Of a stretch of DNA of 64,000 nucleotides, positions 63,770 through 64,000 are shown piece after piece. The stretch covers positions 47,308,001-47,372,000 of the forward strand of contig CM052818.1 of assembly GCA_028534125.1 (NCBI GenBank), written 5' to 3'. A program made the translations under genes and the position numbers. A model generated the notes under the pieces. That model did no database searches and was not told where the DNA came from. It saw only the letters and a program-made list of their open reading frames with translations. The stretch comes from Lama glama. Lineage: Eukaryota. Each line of letters starts with the position of its first letter. Position 1 is the first letter of the stretch.

Positions 63770-63950
63770 TGGGATGATATCTCAGGTTTTTTCCTTAATA
63801 ACTGTGCCTGACTCTAACCATCCATTCGCCTGGATCCTCAGCTATAAAACAGTGATAGCGGTACCTGCCTCCCCACTGGACAGGCCTGTAGAAAGACTGA
63901 GTTAAGATGCCCAAACCACACCTGGCACACAGGCAATGCCATGTAAGTGG
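63770..63950 (+). mobile_element. MIR SINE
   Basis: ATCCTCAGCTATAAAACAGTGATAGCGGTACCTGCC...CCTGGCACACAGG. Confidence 0.65.
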
Positions 63951-64000
63951 TTGTTTTTTGTTATAAAAGTAAAGATGATGGATGTTGGCCTTAGACAGAC

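Overview
Mammalian genomic DNA, almost certainly camelid (alpaca/camel lineage), because it carries a tRNA-Ala-derived Vic-1-type SINE at ~16.6 kb. The window looks intergenic or deep-intronic. I recognise no known protein-coding gene or functional RNA gene, and the ORF track is essentially noise. Much of the sequence is ancient interspersed repeat (L1, L2, MIR, MLT1/MLT2/LTR16/LTR33/MER21/MER34-type LTRs, MER82, MER58, MER5, MER20) plus microsatellites. Two exactly 500-N scaffold gaps interrupt it. Several repeat-free, motif-dense blocks look like conserved enhancers, and there are three CpG-rich promoter/enhancer-like patches (~24.5, ~28.2, ~54.4 kb). The most interesting candidate is at 28.0-29.95 kb. 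There, a CpG-rich promoter-like patch that appears partly L2-derived is followed by three phase-0-compatible exon-like segments and two poly(A) signals. These could encode a 63-aa microprotein, or a 145-codon frame broken by one TGA. This is a hypothesis, not an established gene. Repeat names and boundaries were judged by eye against remembered consensus sequences and are approximate.
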